A stretch of DNA of 64,000 bases from Utricularia gibba (taxonomy: Eukaryota; Plantae; Magnoliophyta), in assembly GCA_002189035.1 (NCBI GenBank), contig NEEC01000013.1, positions 2,976,001 to 3,040,000 on the forward strand. The letters are read 5' to 3'. Below the pieces are notes generated by a model. It ran no database searches. It saw nothing but the letters and a program-made list of their open reading frames with translations, and was not told the DNA's origin. Of the stretch, positions 24,490-35,800 are shown in pieces. Every line of letters starts with the position of its first letter. Within the stretch, counting starts at the first letter, position 1. A program made the translations under genes and the position numbers.

Positions 24490-25557
24490 ATGAGCCAGGT
24501 ATACGAAGGATACGAAAGGCAGTATTGCGATCTGTCTGCAAATTTGTCTAGAAAATGCAATTCCGCGGCGGCTGTCGCCGATGGAGGTATGATTTGATAC
24601 ATCACATAGATTTATTTGTGGTGGCTGGTAGCTTTTGTTTTCTTGTGTTGATTCTTGGGTCAGGGTTTGATGGTTGCATGGATTACTGCGGTAAAAATGG
24701 CAAACTTTGGATGACAGTTACTATGTTGTGTGATGGTCTGCAGAGAAAAGGAAACAAGAGGTTTCTGAATTGCAAGGCGCCCTAGACGATGCTGATACGT
24801 TGGTACTGCGCATCTTTTTTTTTATTACAAAGACTTGAAGTGCATTTGAGTATGGTAAATGAGACGTTTTCTTGCGTTCTCCAGATACGAAAAATGGATC
24901 TTGAGGCTAGAAGTCTGCAGCCAGGCATGAAAGCTACACTTCTTGCGAAAATTAGAGAATACAAATTGGATCTAAATATGTTGAAAAAGGAAGTTAAGAA
25001 ACTGACCCTTTCAAATTCAAAACATGAGGAATTACTGCATGCCGGAATGGCTGGTGCACATGAAGTATGTTCAGAATCCTTCTGCACTTTCCAGTTTCCT
25101 ATTCCTCTGTTATGCTTAATTTGTAAATCATCTCGTTCCTAGGCATCTGCAAATCAAAGGGAGAGGTTGGTGGTGTCAACTGAGAGACTGAATCAATCAA
25201 CTGACAGACTAAGGGAGACCCGAAAGGCAGCACTAGAGACAGAAGAACTGGGGGTGTCGATCCTTGAAGATTTGCATCAACAACGGGAAACACTCTTGCA
25301 TTCCCATAACAAGGCAAGCCTCTAAAGCCCCCTCTATTTATTCATTATCCTCCACAAATGGTGGATTAGCCGTAATGATTAGTTTCCCTGGTATTTGCTT
25401 TTAGCTTTCAGATGTAGATAGCTTCATTGACAAAAGTAAGAAGGTGTTGGGTTCCATGTCCAAAAGGGTAACCAGGAACAAGCTGGTGGTTGGTTCGATA
25501 ATCGTCGCGCTTGTCCTGGCCATCCTCCTCATCCTTTATATCAAGATCTTCCACTGA
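24490..25557 (+). CDS. VTI12: Qb-SNARE VTI1 family, VTI12-like, 5 exons
   Basis: MSQVYEGYERQYCDLSANLSRKC, IRKMDLEARSLQP, ETEELGVSILEDLHQQRETLLHSHNK, C-terminal TM NKLVVGSIIVALVLAILLILYIK. GC-AG intron at 25314-25404. Confidence 0.93.
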
Positions 25558-26020
25558 TAGAGGTAATCGAATCTGTAGTATGCTGCTGATTTGATTGAAA
25601 TAGTAAGGGATCCATGAAACAGAAGGAACAAATAACATGAAAAGGCTATACTGATGGGGTTGTGGTAACAAGAACATCCCTTCTCCACTTCTCTTGGTTC
25701 AGCAGCATCTCTATAGTAACTCCAAAGCCTGCCTCCTTTACCACACGTTTCGGCGAGCCCAACCAGAAACGGTGTCGTATAATGGCACAACTACTACTAT
25801 CCGAGGAACATTAAAAGCTCCATCATGGAGTACTGGATATGTGTGGTTTGTTTGTGGAGCCATTAGGTCTCCACTGAGGATCATTAAGATACTTTTTGTA
25901 ACAAAAGATGCTTACTCATGGAAGAGGTAAGGAATGAAGAGGTTCGCACATACTCCATCCAACCTATCTTTTAAAATCTTCGGGCCCCCTTCCTTGGGCA
26001 TTCATATCTCTTCTTCATTC

Positions 26021-27397
26021 ATGGAAGCAGCTTCAGTGATTGATTCACCGGTTTGGGCAATCGCATCGAAATGGCCTTTGAAGCCTCAATTCCTCAAACT
26101 TGTTAGCCCCAGAGGCAAAAGGAACGCTGTGGGAGTTCTTCCTCGTTGCTCAGCCAAGCCCAAGGACACCGACGAGCGGAATTCGGCCAAGGAAAGGCAC
26201 TCGGATTTTTCGGAATCGCTTCCAGTTTCGAGCACGGAGCAGCAGCGACAGGGAATGCAGGGATCGGGTGTGGTGCTTTCCTCAGTTCCCACAGTTTCCA
26301 GGGGTTTGGTTTTTGATTTGGGTAAGAAGGATTCGTGGGATTGCTTAGAAATTGGTTCGCCTGTGGTGAAGCGGTATCTGGGTGATGAGGAAGAGAGATG
26401 GTACATGTGGTATCACGGAAGGTCCGGTGGGAACAACGATTCAATTGGGTTGGCGACTTCAAGCAACGGGATACACTGGGAGAGGGGTACAGAAGGTGTT
26501 CGATCAAACGCCGATGTGGGGTTGGTTATGAGCACTAGTAAAGATTGGTGGGCGTTTGATACTTACGGGGTCAGGCCTTGTGAAGTTGTCATGATGTCGA
26601 GTGCTAAAATCAGAGCTAATAGTTCTGTTTATTGGCTATACTACACCGGGTTTAGTACAGAAAAGATATCATCTTTTGATCATAATGACAACTATGATTT
26701 CAAAAGCTCTGATTTGTTTCAGTTAGGTATTGAAAATGGTAGAGCTCTGGGTGCATTACCTGGTTTAGCAATGAGCCAGGATGGTAGACACTGGGCTCGA
26801 ATTGAGGGGGAGCATCACAGCGGGGCGCTGCTCGACGTTGGGACGAATGACGACTGGGACTCTTTGTTCATCGCCTCCCCACATGTAGTTTTTCACGGGC
26901 CTGGTGATCTTCGAATGTACTACCATTCCCTTGATAGGAAAAATGGCCACTTCGCAGTCGGAGTCGCACGTTCCAGAGATGGAATGAAGTGGATAAAGCT
27001 CGGAAAGATACTAGGAGGAGGCAAGGCTGGAGCTTTCGATGAGCGAGGAGTGCTAAATGCTCGTGTCGTAAGGAACCAACGGGATGGCTGCTACTTGATG
27101 GTGTACGAAGGTCTGAATGCTGCCGGAGATACCAGCATTGGAGTGGCCGCATCAGCAGATGGGTTAAGGGACTGGAGAAGATTGCAGGATGGACCCATTT
27201 TGGAGAAATCAGATGAAGGCGGATGGGACAGTCATGGGGTGGGATCTCCATGTTTGGTTCAAATGGATGGGGATACAAGAGAGTGGAGAATGTATTATAG
27301 AGGTGTGGGAGAGGGTGGAAGAAGTGGATTAGGATTGGCAGTTTCTCAAGACTATGAAGTGAACAACTTCAGAAGATGGACAGGATTTCAGTTGTGA
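26021..27397 (+). CDS. Five-bladed beta-propeller glycoside-hydrolase-like protein (arabinanase/levansucrase/invertase superfamily, At1g26761-like), probable plastid transit peptide
   Basis: Intronless ORF with repeated blades WD..IGSPVV..WYMWYHG, WDSLFIASPHVV..LRMYYH, FDERGV..ARVV..YLMVYEG, WDSHGVGSPCLV..WRMYYRG. Ser/Arg-rich N-terminus. Confidence 0.85.
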   Translation: MEAASVIDSPVWAIASKWPLKPQFLKLVSPRGKRNAVGVLPRCSAKPKDTDERNSAKERHSDFSESLPVSSTEQQRQGMQGSGVVLSSVPTVSRGLVFDLGKKDSWDCLEIGSPVVKRYLGDEEERWYMWYHGRSGGNNDSIGLATSSNGIHWERGTEGVRSNADVGLVMSTSKDWWAFDTYGVRPCEVVMMSSAKIRANSSVYWLYYTGFSTEKISSFDHNDNYDFKSSDLFQLGIENGRALGALPGLAMSQDGRHWARIEGEHHSGALLDVGTNDDWDSLFIASPHVVFHGPGDLRMYYHSLDRKNGHFAVGVARSRDGMKWIKLGKILGGGKAGAFDERGVLNARVVRNQRDGCYLMVYEGLNAAGDTSIGVAASADGLRDWRRLQDGPILEKSDEGGWDSHGVGSPCLVQMDGDTREWRMYYRGVGEGGRSGLGLAVSQDYEVNNFRRWTGFQL

Positions 27398-27968
27398 TGA
27401 GCTTTCGTAAACTACCTGAATGGAATTGCTGGATTTGTATGTCCTCCTTTTTTGCTTCACAATACATTCATTATTAGATCTAATCAGCTTCCTTAAATGG
27501 ACTACTACCTAAAGGGGCGCGATTAAAAAGTTTACAGACTCGATGATGATGGTGAGGAGAATTGAGGGCGTCGATGTGGGTCAGTTGCTAGCAGAGACGG
27601 TGGTTGAAAGCCTAGCCTAGTTCAATTGTGTCGAAGGAGTGCTGCCAACCTCCCTCCTTGCAATCCACGCCAAGAGCCCTCACCTTGAGAGCCGCAACAC
27701 TGGTTGGGACTACCCAGGGAAGTTGAGGAAAAGTGGTTCTTGTTTTCCCTGGCTGTTCGTCGTCCACTGGGTTAGCCCAGGGCGCCCCTGGCTCAGCAGA
27801 CGGTCCAAGCTTCAGGTGATGACTAACTTTTTATGTGTTAGTTATTGTGCTAATCTATCTGAACCACACGAGTTTGCTCTTGTGGAATTGTTCTCCATCA
27901 AGTGGTAGAAAAAAGGTTGAAGGGAACTCCTTTCTTTATTACAAAGAACAGAACTTGGTACGCACAAA

Positions 27969-29327
27969 TCACAGTTCATCCCGTTTGATCCGCTGATCAT
28001 AAGAGGCGTAAGCTCTGATAATGGATTCATACACAAGGATTCCTTTCAGGTACTCATCCTTGTTCAAGAACTCATTGTGATCATGGAGAAGAATCGGAGT
28101 ATTCACCATCGGAGAGAATCCGATCGCCGGCAATCCCAGTTGCCTGAAGTACCGAGCGTCGGTGGACGCCGGGAAAATCTCCGGTTTACTTAGTTTCCCG
28201 CCGGCGTTTCTCACCCCATCTTCCAGCAATCCCCACCATGGATTTGAACTGTCTAAACCGGTGAGCAATGGCTTCCCATTCTTGTCTTTAGATGAAGATC
28301 TTTGCTTGAATTCGAACGTCATGTTTCTCACAGAAGGAGCCCATTCTTCAGCGATTCGTTTTTCAAGCGATTCTTCATCCGCTGTGGGTGGAACCCGGAT
28401 ATCGAAACCTGCTTCGGCTTCAGATGGCTGCAAATTCATCACGAAACCAGTGGGAGATGGCGTCCCTGCTTTGAGAAAAACCATGTTCACGGAAACGACT
28501 TCCCCTTCAGCCTTGAGTCCATTCTTGACCTGATCGAACTGTGAGCTTCTGAATCTCCTTACAATCTCAATACTTTTGAGAAGATTCTCCATAGCCGTGT
28601 TGTCGTACAGCTTGGCGCCATGTCCCGGAGCGCCTTTCGCCTTAATCACAGTCCACCAGGGAACCCTTTCGCCGTAGAAAACACGATACTCGTCCGTCGG
28701 CGAGGCTAAACCTTCGTCGAGGACAATACCCACATTCAGATTCTTGAAAATTTCAGAACTTGCTAGCTTTTCAGCGCCAGCGTGGCCTCCGATTTCCTCA
28801 TCGGGGACGAAGGATAAGTGAACGGAGCGAAGGGGACGAAATCCAGAGGCCTGGAGTTTACGAATCGCCTCCAGATACTGAATTCCGACGCATTTCATGT
28901 CCTGCGAGCCACGGCTGTAGATGTGACCAGAGAATTCGTCAATTTCAGCGGCGAAGGGAGGGTGGCGCCATTTGTGATCCTCGGCCGGGACGACGTCGGT
29001 GTGCGAATTGAGGAGAATAGACGGCAGGGAGGGGTCTGTTCCAGTCCACGTAAAAAGCAAAACTGGCTTTCCGGCGACGAATTCTAGGGTTCGCGTAGTC
29101 AAGGATAGCGACTGGGCTTGGTCAGCGAGGAAATCGGCGGCGCCCTTGTAATCAGGGTTGGGATGAGCAGTGTTGATTCTCAGGTACGCTTGAAATCGAG
29201 CTATAATTGAATCCGAATCTTCAGCTTTCATCGGGGGTAGTAGCATAACGGCGAGGATTATCGCCGGAATCAAGGACGGATGTGGGTGGCGACGGCAGGG
29301 GCGCCGGAGTACCGCTGGCTCAGCCAT
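27969..29327 (-). CDS. ACY1: Aminoacylase-1 (peptidase M20A), intronless, N-terminal hydrophobic signal-like segment
   Basis: 452-aa uninterrupted ORF with M20 metal-binding motifs LLNSHTDVVPA, RGSQDMKCVG, FVPDEEIGG, VLDEGLASP, STDARYFR and LLHDHNEFL. Confidence 0.95.
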   Translation of the reverse strand: MAEPAVLRRPCRRHPHPSLIPAIILAVMLLPPMKAEDSDSIIARFQAYLRINTAHPNPDYKGAADFLADQAQSLSLTTRTLEFVAGKPVLLFTWTGTDPSLPSILLNSHTDVVPAEDHKWRHPPFAAEIDEFSGHIYSRGSQDMKCVGIQYLEAIRKLQASGFRPLRSVHLSFVPDEEIGGHAGAEKLASSEIFKNLNVGIVLDEGLASPTDEYRVFYGERVPWWTVIKAKGAPGHGAKLYDNTAMENLLKSIEIVRRFRSSQFDQVKNGLKAEGEVVSVNMVFLKAGTPSPTGFVMNLQPSEAEAGFDIRVPPTADEESLEKRIAEEWAPSVRNMTFEFKQRSSSKDKNGKPLLTGLDSSNPWWGLLEDGVRNAGGKLSKPEIFPASTDARYFRQLGLPAIGFSPMVNTPILLHDHNEFLNKDEYLKGILVYESIIRAYASYDQRIKRDEL

Positions 29328-29605
29328 TTTCTCGACCTCCCAGCAATTCGCCTTTTGTGTCCTATTTTATCCACGTTATTCCGGGGGCTAAATCGCAATT
29401 TGTTAGAAATTACAGGGACGTTTTGTAATATTTTTAATTTTTGTCTGGAACTGCTAACGGTTCATATTTCGAAAATTTGGGGACTGAAAATTATGGAAAA
29501 TCCATATCCGTACGTCAATAATCAGTACATGCATTTTATTTGTCTACCATAATAATAATTCATTAAACCCGGCGATTTAGGAGACCGTCCCCACCACGTC
29601 GTCGT

Positions 29606-30490
29606 TTACAAGGGCGGGAACACGACGGCTGACGGACACGCGCCGTCGCTGGGGAAGACGGGGCAGTCGATGAAATCGGAGCCATTCTTGTCGACGCAGA
29701 TGTACACTTGGTAGAGCTGCCGGTTCCCGTCTGAATCGGCGTTACATTGAATAAAGGGAGTATGCCCAATACCGTTTCTTATCGCGGCGATCACTCTGTT
29801 CAAACCGTACGCTCTTCCATCTGGGTTGATTCCTGAATCAAGAACACCAACGTGAGGAAATGGGATTTATTAGCGCCGCTGAGTTTATTAACGTCTTTAC
29901 CTGATCCTCTGAGAATTTGAAGGAGATTGCCTCTGGATTTGAGTTCTAGCGCCGCGCTGAAATAGGAATGCTGCTCCAGAACAGATTCAGAGCACGTCCC
30001 ATGTTTGTTCCATTCGTGTGACCAGAATGTGAAGCCGTTGCTACTTGGGCAGGCAAGTGAGGGCCATTCCTCTCCCATCCGGCGAATCAAGTCTGTTATC
30101 TAATCGGAGAAACACGTAAAACCTTTATGTTATGTTGTGGCAGCATCAACTTTATAGGATACCTGAGATTCGTCGAAAGGGTTGGCGGAATCGCAGTTGG
30201 AGGGGTACGTGCCGTCGTCGAAATTCGGCCAGAGGCCATGGATCCCGAAATCCGAGGGCGGACTGCCGGTGGTGGGATAACAACAGCTTCTCTGGGTGTC
30301 ACAGTATGAACCGGGCCACTGCAGTTAACAGACATGTTATCGAAGCCAGTCAAAAACACCCCTTCCAAACCGGTGAGAAACAGAAGCAAACCTGTTGAAC
30401 GAAATAGAAGAAGTCGAATTGGGCAGCCGAAAGACGAGCAAGGAACAGGAAGACGAAGAGTGCAATGTGAAAGCAATACAAAGAATCCAT
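29606..30490 (-). CDS. Secreted S-like ribonuclease T2 (class I, RNS1/RNS3-like), 4 exons
   Basis: Signal peptide, then QFDFFYFVQQWPGSYCD. Intact active-site segments FGIHGLWP and FWSHEWNKHGTC. Three GT-AG introns. Confidence 0.95.
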
Positions 30491-31054
30491 TTTTCCTCTA
30501 CTGTGTTGAAACTGGGAGACTGGGGCATTTATTTATAGGCCAGGTGTCCAACCATGGATACGCCAGTAAGTGGGAACCCAAAATTAGCAAATATGTATCT
30601 TGTTTCACACATGGGCGTCGCTTAGCTTCTCCCTTCCATTTGCATACGCAACCAGCAATCCCTTGTGCGTGTCGCTCTTGTATTTCTCTGTTACCTCTGA
30701 GGCTTAATTGAGCACATGCGATGCAGCTTCCCTCAATGTGTTCATGGTTCAAGGAGCACTGGGAGAATGACAATGCTTATCAGTAGTTGCTGATATGCTG
30801 CCATTGATGTGATTCTGATATCATTTCTGCCATGGGAGGGTGCAACCATACCAAAATCAGTGACGATACAGGGAATTATCCAGGCAAACTTTCTTGGTGT
30901 TGATTACAGCTTCAAGGTAGAAGTAGATTGAAGGGGAAGAGAAAAATTAACTGGAAAGGGGAAATCGGCTGTTCTGTTTCTTTTTTTCCTGTGTGTTGAT
31001 CAACAATGCACAAGTGTTCTAAAAAGGTTACATTAGAAACAATCAATGATGGAG

Positions 31055-32356
31055 TCAGCATCCCATCACAGCACAGTTGTAGACGAAGTTGCCTGAGAGT
31101 TTCCTGCCGAGCAGCTCCCACATCGGAGGGCCGTCTCCGGGAACCCAAGAATTCACTTCTATGTAACCATCTCCGGCGTTTCGAGGCCCCCCGATTACTA
31201 TGAGACGAGGGCCGCAAGCTCGGAAGGCTAGACCCCAGCCGTTCGTGGAATTCGCTCTTTCGGGAAGGCGTCCGACGGAGATCCACACACCCTGCTCCTT
31301 TACGTATCGTTTCACCTCCATTGCAGCATAATCCGCAGCGTATAGCTGGTTATCTACAACTGCTATTAGAGGCGGGGCCTCAGATGCAGCAGCTGCCTCG
31401 TTTGCGGCCACTTGAACCGGAGACATGTTTGCAATTTCTCGCCATGTTCGAGTTTCCATGTCGTACTCTTCTCCACATGTGAGAAGCTTCGAGTCTGTTC
31501 CTCCGATCCCTCCGATGACATAGAACTTTCCATCCATGAAAACTCCTGAACACATTTTCCTTGGCTTGTTCATGCTTGGGAGAGTAGTCCAAGCACCTTC
31601 CTCTGAATTGTACAGCTCTGCAGAACTGAGAATGCTTCCTTGGGAATCGCAGCCGCCTGCCAAGATTGCTATCTCCCCAAGACTCGCAGAGCCGAACAAA
31701 CATCGGGGCTCGTTCATCAACACTCCGTTCATCCACGTATTGGTCAACAAGCTATATCGGTAGATCACATGGGACATCAGATCCCTTCCAAAAACCAGAA
31801 GATCAGTCCCAACAGCTAGGGATTCTTTATCTGCAAACGCAAAGTAATTGTTGAAATCCATCGGTGGAAGGCTCATCCAACGCCGGTGAATGGGATCGAA
31901 AGCCTCCCACTCGAGTAACTGGCGTGAGAAATAAACCCAATGCTCCACCATTCCGTTGAGGCGTCTGGTTTTGTACAGCTCACCGCTTCGGATGAGATCC
32001 CTGAAACTCCGGTTCAATGATGCAATCACCCCGTAATCAGCTCTAGAACAACGAATGATGCAGCTGATGGAGATGTCTCTCCCAATGGCAGAAATTAGTG
32101 AACTTGAATCAGAGTTATCTCCGGCATGCCTTTGGCTATCTGATTCATCGTAGAGGTCGGAATCAATGACCAAAATCCCGTTACTGGAATGCTTGGGGAC
32201 CTTTCTCACACCATCTTCAGTTCCATCAGTTTCCAAAGGTCGTTTGCTCCGAAGAGCTTCGACGTTTTCTGGCAGGAAATGCATCCGCCAACTGTCTTCT
32301 CGTTCGCAGGTCCTGTTGTAGTCAACTGATATGAAACAAGGCCTGTCTTCCAGCAT
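31055..32356 (-). CDS. F-box/kelch-repeat protein, SKIP11-like, intronless
   Basis: 433-aa ORF: LISAIGRDISISCIIRCSRADYGVIASLNRSF F-box, kelch repeats (MNEPRCLFGSASLG, MNKPRKMCSGVFMDGKFYVIGG), C-terminal FVYNCAVMGC. Confidence 0.95.
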   Translation of the reverse strand: MLEDRPCFISVDYNRTCEREDSWRMHFLPENVEALRSKRPLETDGTEDGVRKVPKHSSNGILVIDSDLYDESDSQRHAGDNSDSSSLISAIGRDISISCIIRCSRADYGVIASLNRSFRDLIRSGELYKTRRLNGMVEHWVYFSRQLLEWEAFDPIHRRWMSLPPMDFNNYFAFADKESLAVGTDLLVFGRDLMSHVIYRYSLLTNTWMNGVLMNEPRCLFGSASLGEIAILAGGCDSQGSILSSAELYNSEEGAWTTLPSMNKPRKMCSGVFMDGKFYVIGGIGGTDSKLLTCGEEYDMETRTWREIANMSPVQVAANEAAAASEAPPLIAVVDNQLYAADYAAMEVKRYVKEQGVWISVGRLPERANSTNGWGLAFRACGPRLIVIGGPRNAGDGYIEVNSWVPGDGPPMWELLGRKLSGNFVYNCAVMGC

Positions 32357-34258
32357 TTCTTGCGTAGCAGAAAAGAAGTTAAATCAATTATTGCAGAAAC
32401 AGCTTCCACAGGGAGAAGCCAAACTGCAATAGCAGAAAAGAAGGATTTAGCAAACAAAACACCAGATTTCAGCTCTACATATCAAAAGAAAGTTTTCACC
32501 AAAGAAAACAGTTCGATGGCTGTAAAACGTATTCAATTGGTAAAAGGAAACCTTTAGGGTACTGGTCAACATACAAAGGCACAAACAATCTCGATCAATT
32601 AACACCCATCTCCCCAAAATCCACCAGCCCATCAATCAATTAACCATCATCAGCCTTCAAGAGAAAAAGGGTCACACCAATTCATTCTTATAAACAAAAA
32701 TAAGGAGACACCAGAGTGCAAATTAAGGAAATTTTGCATCGGAGAAAGGCAACTCACGAACACATCGAATAAGGGTTCTGATCGAAACTCTCCAAATACA
32801 ACAGACCCTCCTCTCTCTGCTCCCTTCACAGGCATCTGATCTGATCCATCTCTAAACGAGGTGACAAAACCAGAACTTTTCCCCCGTATTCCCTTATCTC
32901 CCACTCCCTCCCCTTGTTCCCCTGCTCCGCTGTTCTTATTTTGGACCGAGAGAGGGAGCAGATAAATAACGGGATTCCCAGTTCCCGTTCTACCAGAAAC
33001 AAACCGACGCCAAAAGCTCGGGTCTTGCGCATTCGGGCGTCATCCCCCAGCACCCCCTAACCTGAATTACAGCGCGTGCTCCATCCATCCTTTACGTTAA
33101 CGCTTAAAATATATCGCAACTCACAAAAGCGAAATCTAGACCCGGTTAGATAAAAAAGGAAAGTTCCAGATCCTCCATCCAGATTAACCTAATCAGGGAT
33201 TAAACTTCTTAATATATTTTTATCATAATTAATTGAATATTCCGTGCATCGTTTGGGAATTTAGAAAACAGTTTTTGGGCAGGAGAGGAGTAAGTAGTTG
33301 AGACTTGGCCTAACTTTGGTCGATTCATTCCAATTTCCAAACGTCGCCGTATTTTTCACGATGACCACTTCCAAGTTCCAACCCATCCCCGACATTTGAT
33401 TTCGACAAAGCATTGCGGTAGTCGCCATTTAGGTCAATGGAGTTTCGTTTGGGATTCCTCCATTTGAAAAGTAAAATATTCAGTTTTATGAGAAAATTTA
33501 TTTAATATTATGAGGGAAATATTGTATGTTTTCTATACCGCAGTGTTTTTAAATATGAGGAAAAAAAACACGTGATGGAAAGAAGTATTTTGTGCGGGCT
33601 ACGTATGAATGAATATAAAGCAGTGGGAGGGTGCAAAAAGGTCAATGGCCAAACACGTGCGTACACCCTAATTTGGATTCCACTGCCAGCGTGTCGGCTC
33701 CTGATTGGAGGGCCTCCGAAATGCTATCCCGCCACAGCCCAATCCCCCCTATTTTGTTGTTGTATTTTCCATCAAAGTGCGCGCAAACCCTAAATTCACA
33801 AAAGAGTAGTAATTGATAAATATTTCGTAAATGAGTTGGATTTTTCATCAGAAATTAAGCATAAGCAAGACAAGTAATTCAAGAAGCAACATGTACGGAT
33901 GAGGTAAAACTAGTTTCTTAGAGTTTTTGATGAACATTTCGTGTGGTTATGTCCAGTTCATTTGCTTCCTTCTTCTTCGACTCTCCTGCTGCTCCCTTGT
34001 TTTGGGATGGAATTTAATGTCTCAACGTGGGAATCAATCGACATCTCACCACAGGGTCACTTTCTCCGGCATACTGAAACCAAGTTGCTCTGCTTCTTGC
34101 TACAAAGCAATGGCTATCCATTCCTCCCTCATCAACTTGTCTCCCAAAACAAGCAATCTCCTCGCTTCTTGTTTTCCATCTCCCCCATTTCCAATAAATG
34201 CAACCACCCAAGAAACCTTAATCCCCACATCCTCAGCTTCTCTTATCCTTCCACGACA

Positions 34259-34736
34259 ATGTCGTCCAGAAGAACAAGCTCCAGGAGGCCTACTTCCTCC
34301 GGGATAACCCACGCACAAGTCGCTGCTCTCGTCGGTCGGATGGAGCAGCTCGTCCCGGAGATCGCCCCCACTTCCAACAAGGTATTCCAGCACTCTCTAC
34401 GTAATCCATCATCCCATACTGTCCCTTGGGCGTGTGGCGAAGCTCATGAACCAGCATACGCCTATTCTCTTGGCTGACTGATGTATGCGGGCTTCTCTTT
34501 TGCATGCGAGTATCTCCTGATGCAAATGTGTGCTTATGAATTCTAATGAGTTGTTCCAAGTGATGGATTTATTCTAGGTTCCGGCTACTAAAGTTCTAGA
34601 AGAGACTTGCAGCTACGTCAGGAGCCTGCAACGAGAGGTCGGCGACCTGAGCGAGCGCCTGTCGGAGCTCCTGACGGCGGCGGACGTCGGCAGCGAGGAA
34701 GCAGCCGTGATCAGGGCCTTGCTCACCAGAAATTAG
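34259..34736 (+). CDS. Atypical non-DNA-binding HLH protein, PRE/ILI/KDR family, 2 exons
   Basis: [10 protein letters not shown]...[11 protein letters not shown] | [32 protein letters not shown]...EAAVIRALL; one GT-AG intron. Confidence 0.92.
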
Positions 34737-35263
34737 TACCATCTGTCCATTGAATTGGGTTGGGGTGCGGTTTTAGGGTTCGGTGCTCTGGGATGCTTGC
34801 TCGCCTAGTAACATAAAAACGGCGACACGCGGATACGGGTGTCGGGTGTCTGATAAATTAAATAATTCAATCATATATATCAAAACTCTTTTCTTATATA
34901 AGTTAATTTAAAGAATTAAATTTTCATTATTTTTTAAATACATATTTATTTTATAATATAAGTTAAATTATGTAAAATTAAAACTGGAAGATTCCACGAT
35001 ATACCGTAGAAATTATTTTTTTGCTTAGTCTGAAAATTTTAAATTATTTTATTGTTTGTTTGGGTCTCCTAATTGTGGGAGTTAGGGCAGTATGGAACTC
35101 GGCCCAATTGTGAACGGCTGGGCTACACTGGAGTTGGGCCCAATTTCGAACTTGTGGTGGGAAATCCGCACGTCATCTGAAACCAAACACCGAAGCACAG
35201 CCATCGCCTCCACAAAAACCAATCGCCGAACCGAAACGGACAACTAACTACTCCCCCTCGGAA

Positions 35264-35800
35264 ATGTCAACCACCGCCGCCGCCGTCTGTTTACCTTTTC
35301 CCATCTCCGGAATCGCATCCCGGCGGCAAATGCCGAACCAATTGTTCACAACCCAGGCCACGCCACGCAGGGCGAGAATACGAGCCTCCGCGTCATCCTC
35401 CAGGCCGGTCGCCACCGCGGAAACCATCTTCTTCGATGGAGGCGCCCACTACGGGGACCTCGTGGTCAACCTCGTCCTAGGGTTCAGCCTCCTGTGGCTG
35501 CCGCTTACTCTGGCCGCGGTTCTGCGGGCGTTTTATCTCCGCTACCGATTCACGAATCTGAGGGTGAGCGTCGCTTCGGGGCCGGAGCGGAGCGACTTCT
35601 CGTACGATTCGATAAAGGATGTGCAGGTCGTCCCACGGCTGATCGGAGAATGGGGCGATATCGTGATCACTCTGAACGACGGCACCAGGGTAGATCTCCG
35701 GAGCGTGCCGCGGTTCAGGGAGATTGCTAAGTACACTCGCGATATGGCTGAGGGCACTCCTGGGCCCAAGACATCCTCATCTGGGCCCAGAGGCTTCTAA
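35264..35800 (+). CDS. Plastid-targeted membrane protein with bacterial PH (bPH_2/DUF304-like) domain, At1g14345-like
   Basis: Transit-peptide-like N-terminus, then ETIFFDGGAHYGDL, TM helix, YRFTNLRVSV, SDFSYDSIKDVQVVPRLIGEWGDIVITLNDGTRVDLRSVPRFREIAKY. Confidence 0.85.
   Translation: MSTTAAAVCLPFPISGIASRRQMPNQLFTTQATPRRARIRASASSSRPVATAETIFFDGGAHYGDLVVNLVLGFSLLWLPLTLAAVLRAFYLRYRFTNLRVSVASGPERSDFSYDSIKDVQVVPRLIGEWGDIVITLNDGTRVDLRSVPRFREIAKYTRDMAEGTPGPKTSSSGPRGF

Noticed and set aside
27572-27582. USE-like GACCCACATCG on the minus strand (snRNA promoter element)
   Set aside because: One mismatch to RTCCCACATCG, no TATA at the required spacing and no recognisable snRNA downstream.
34815-35050. 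GACACG/GTGTC motifs followed by very AT-rich DNA, possible MITE remnant
   Set aside because: No matching second terminal repeat or target-site duplication found.
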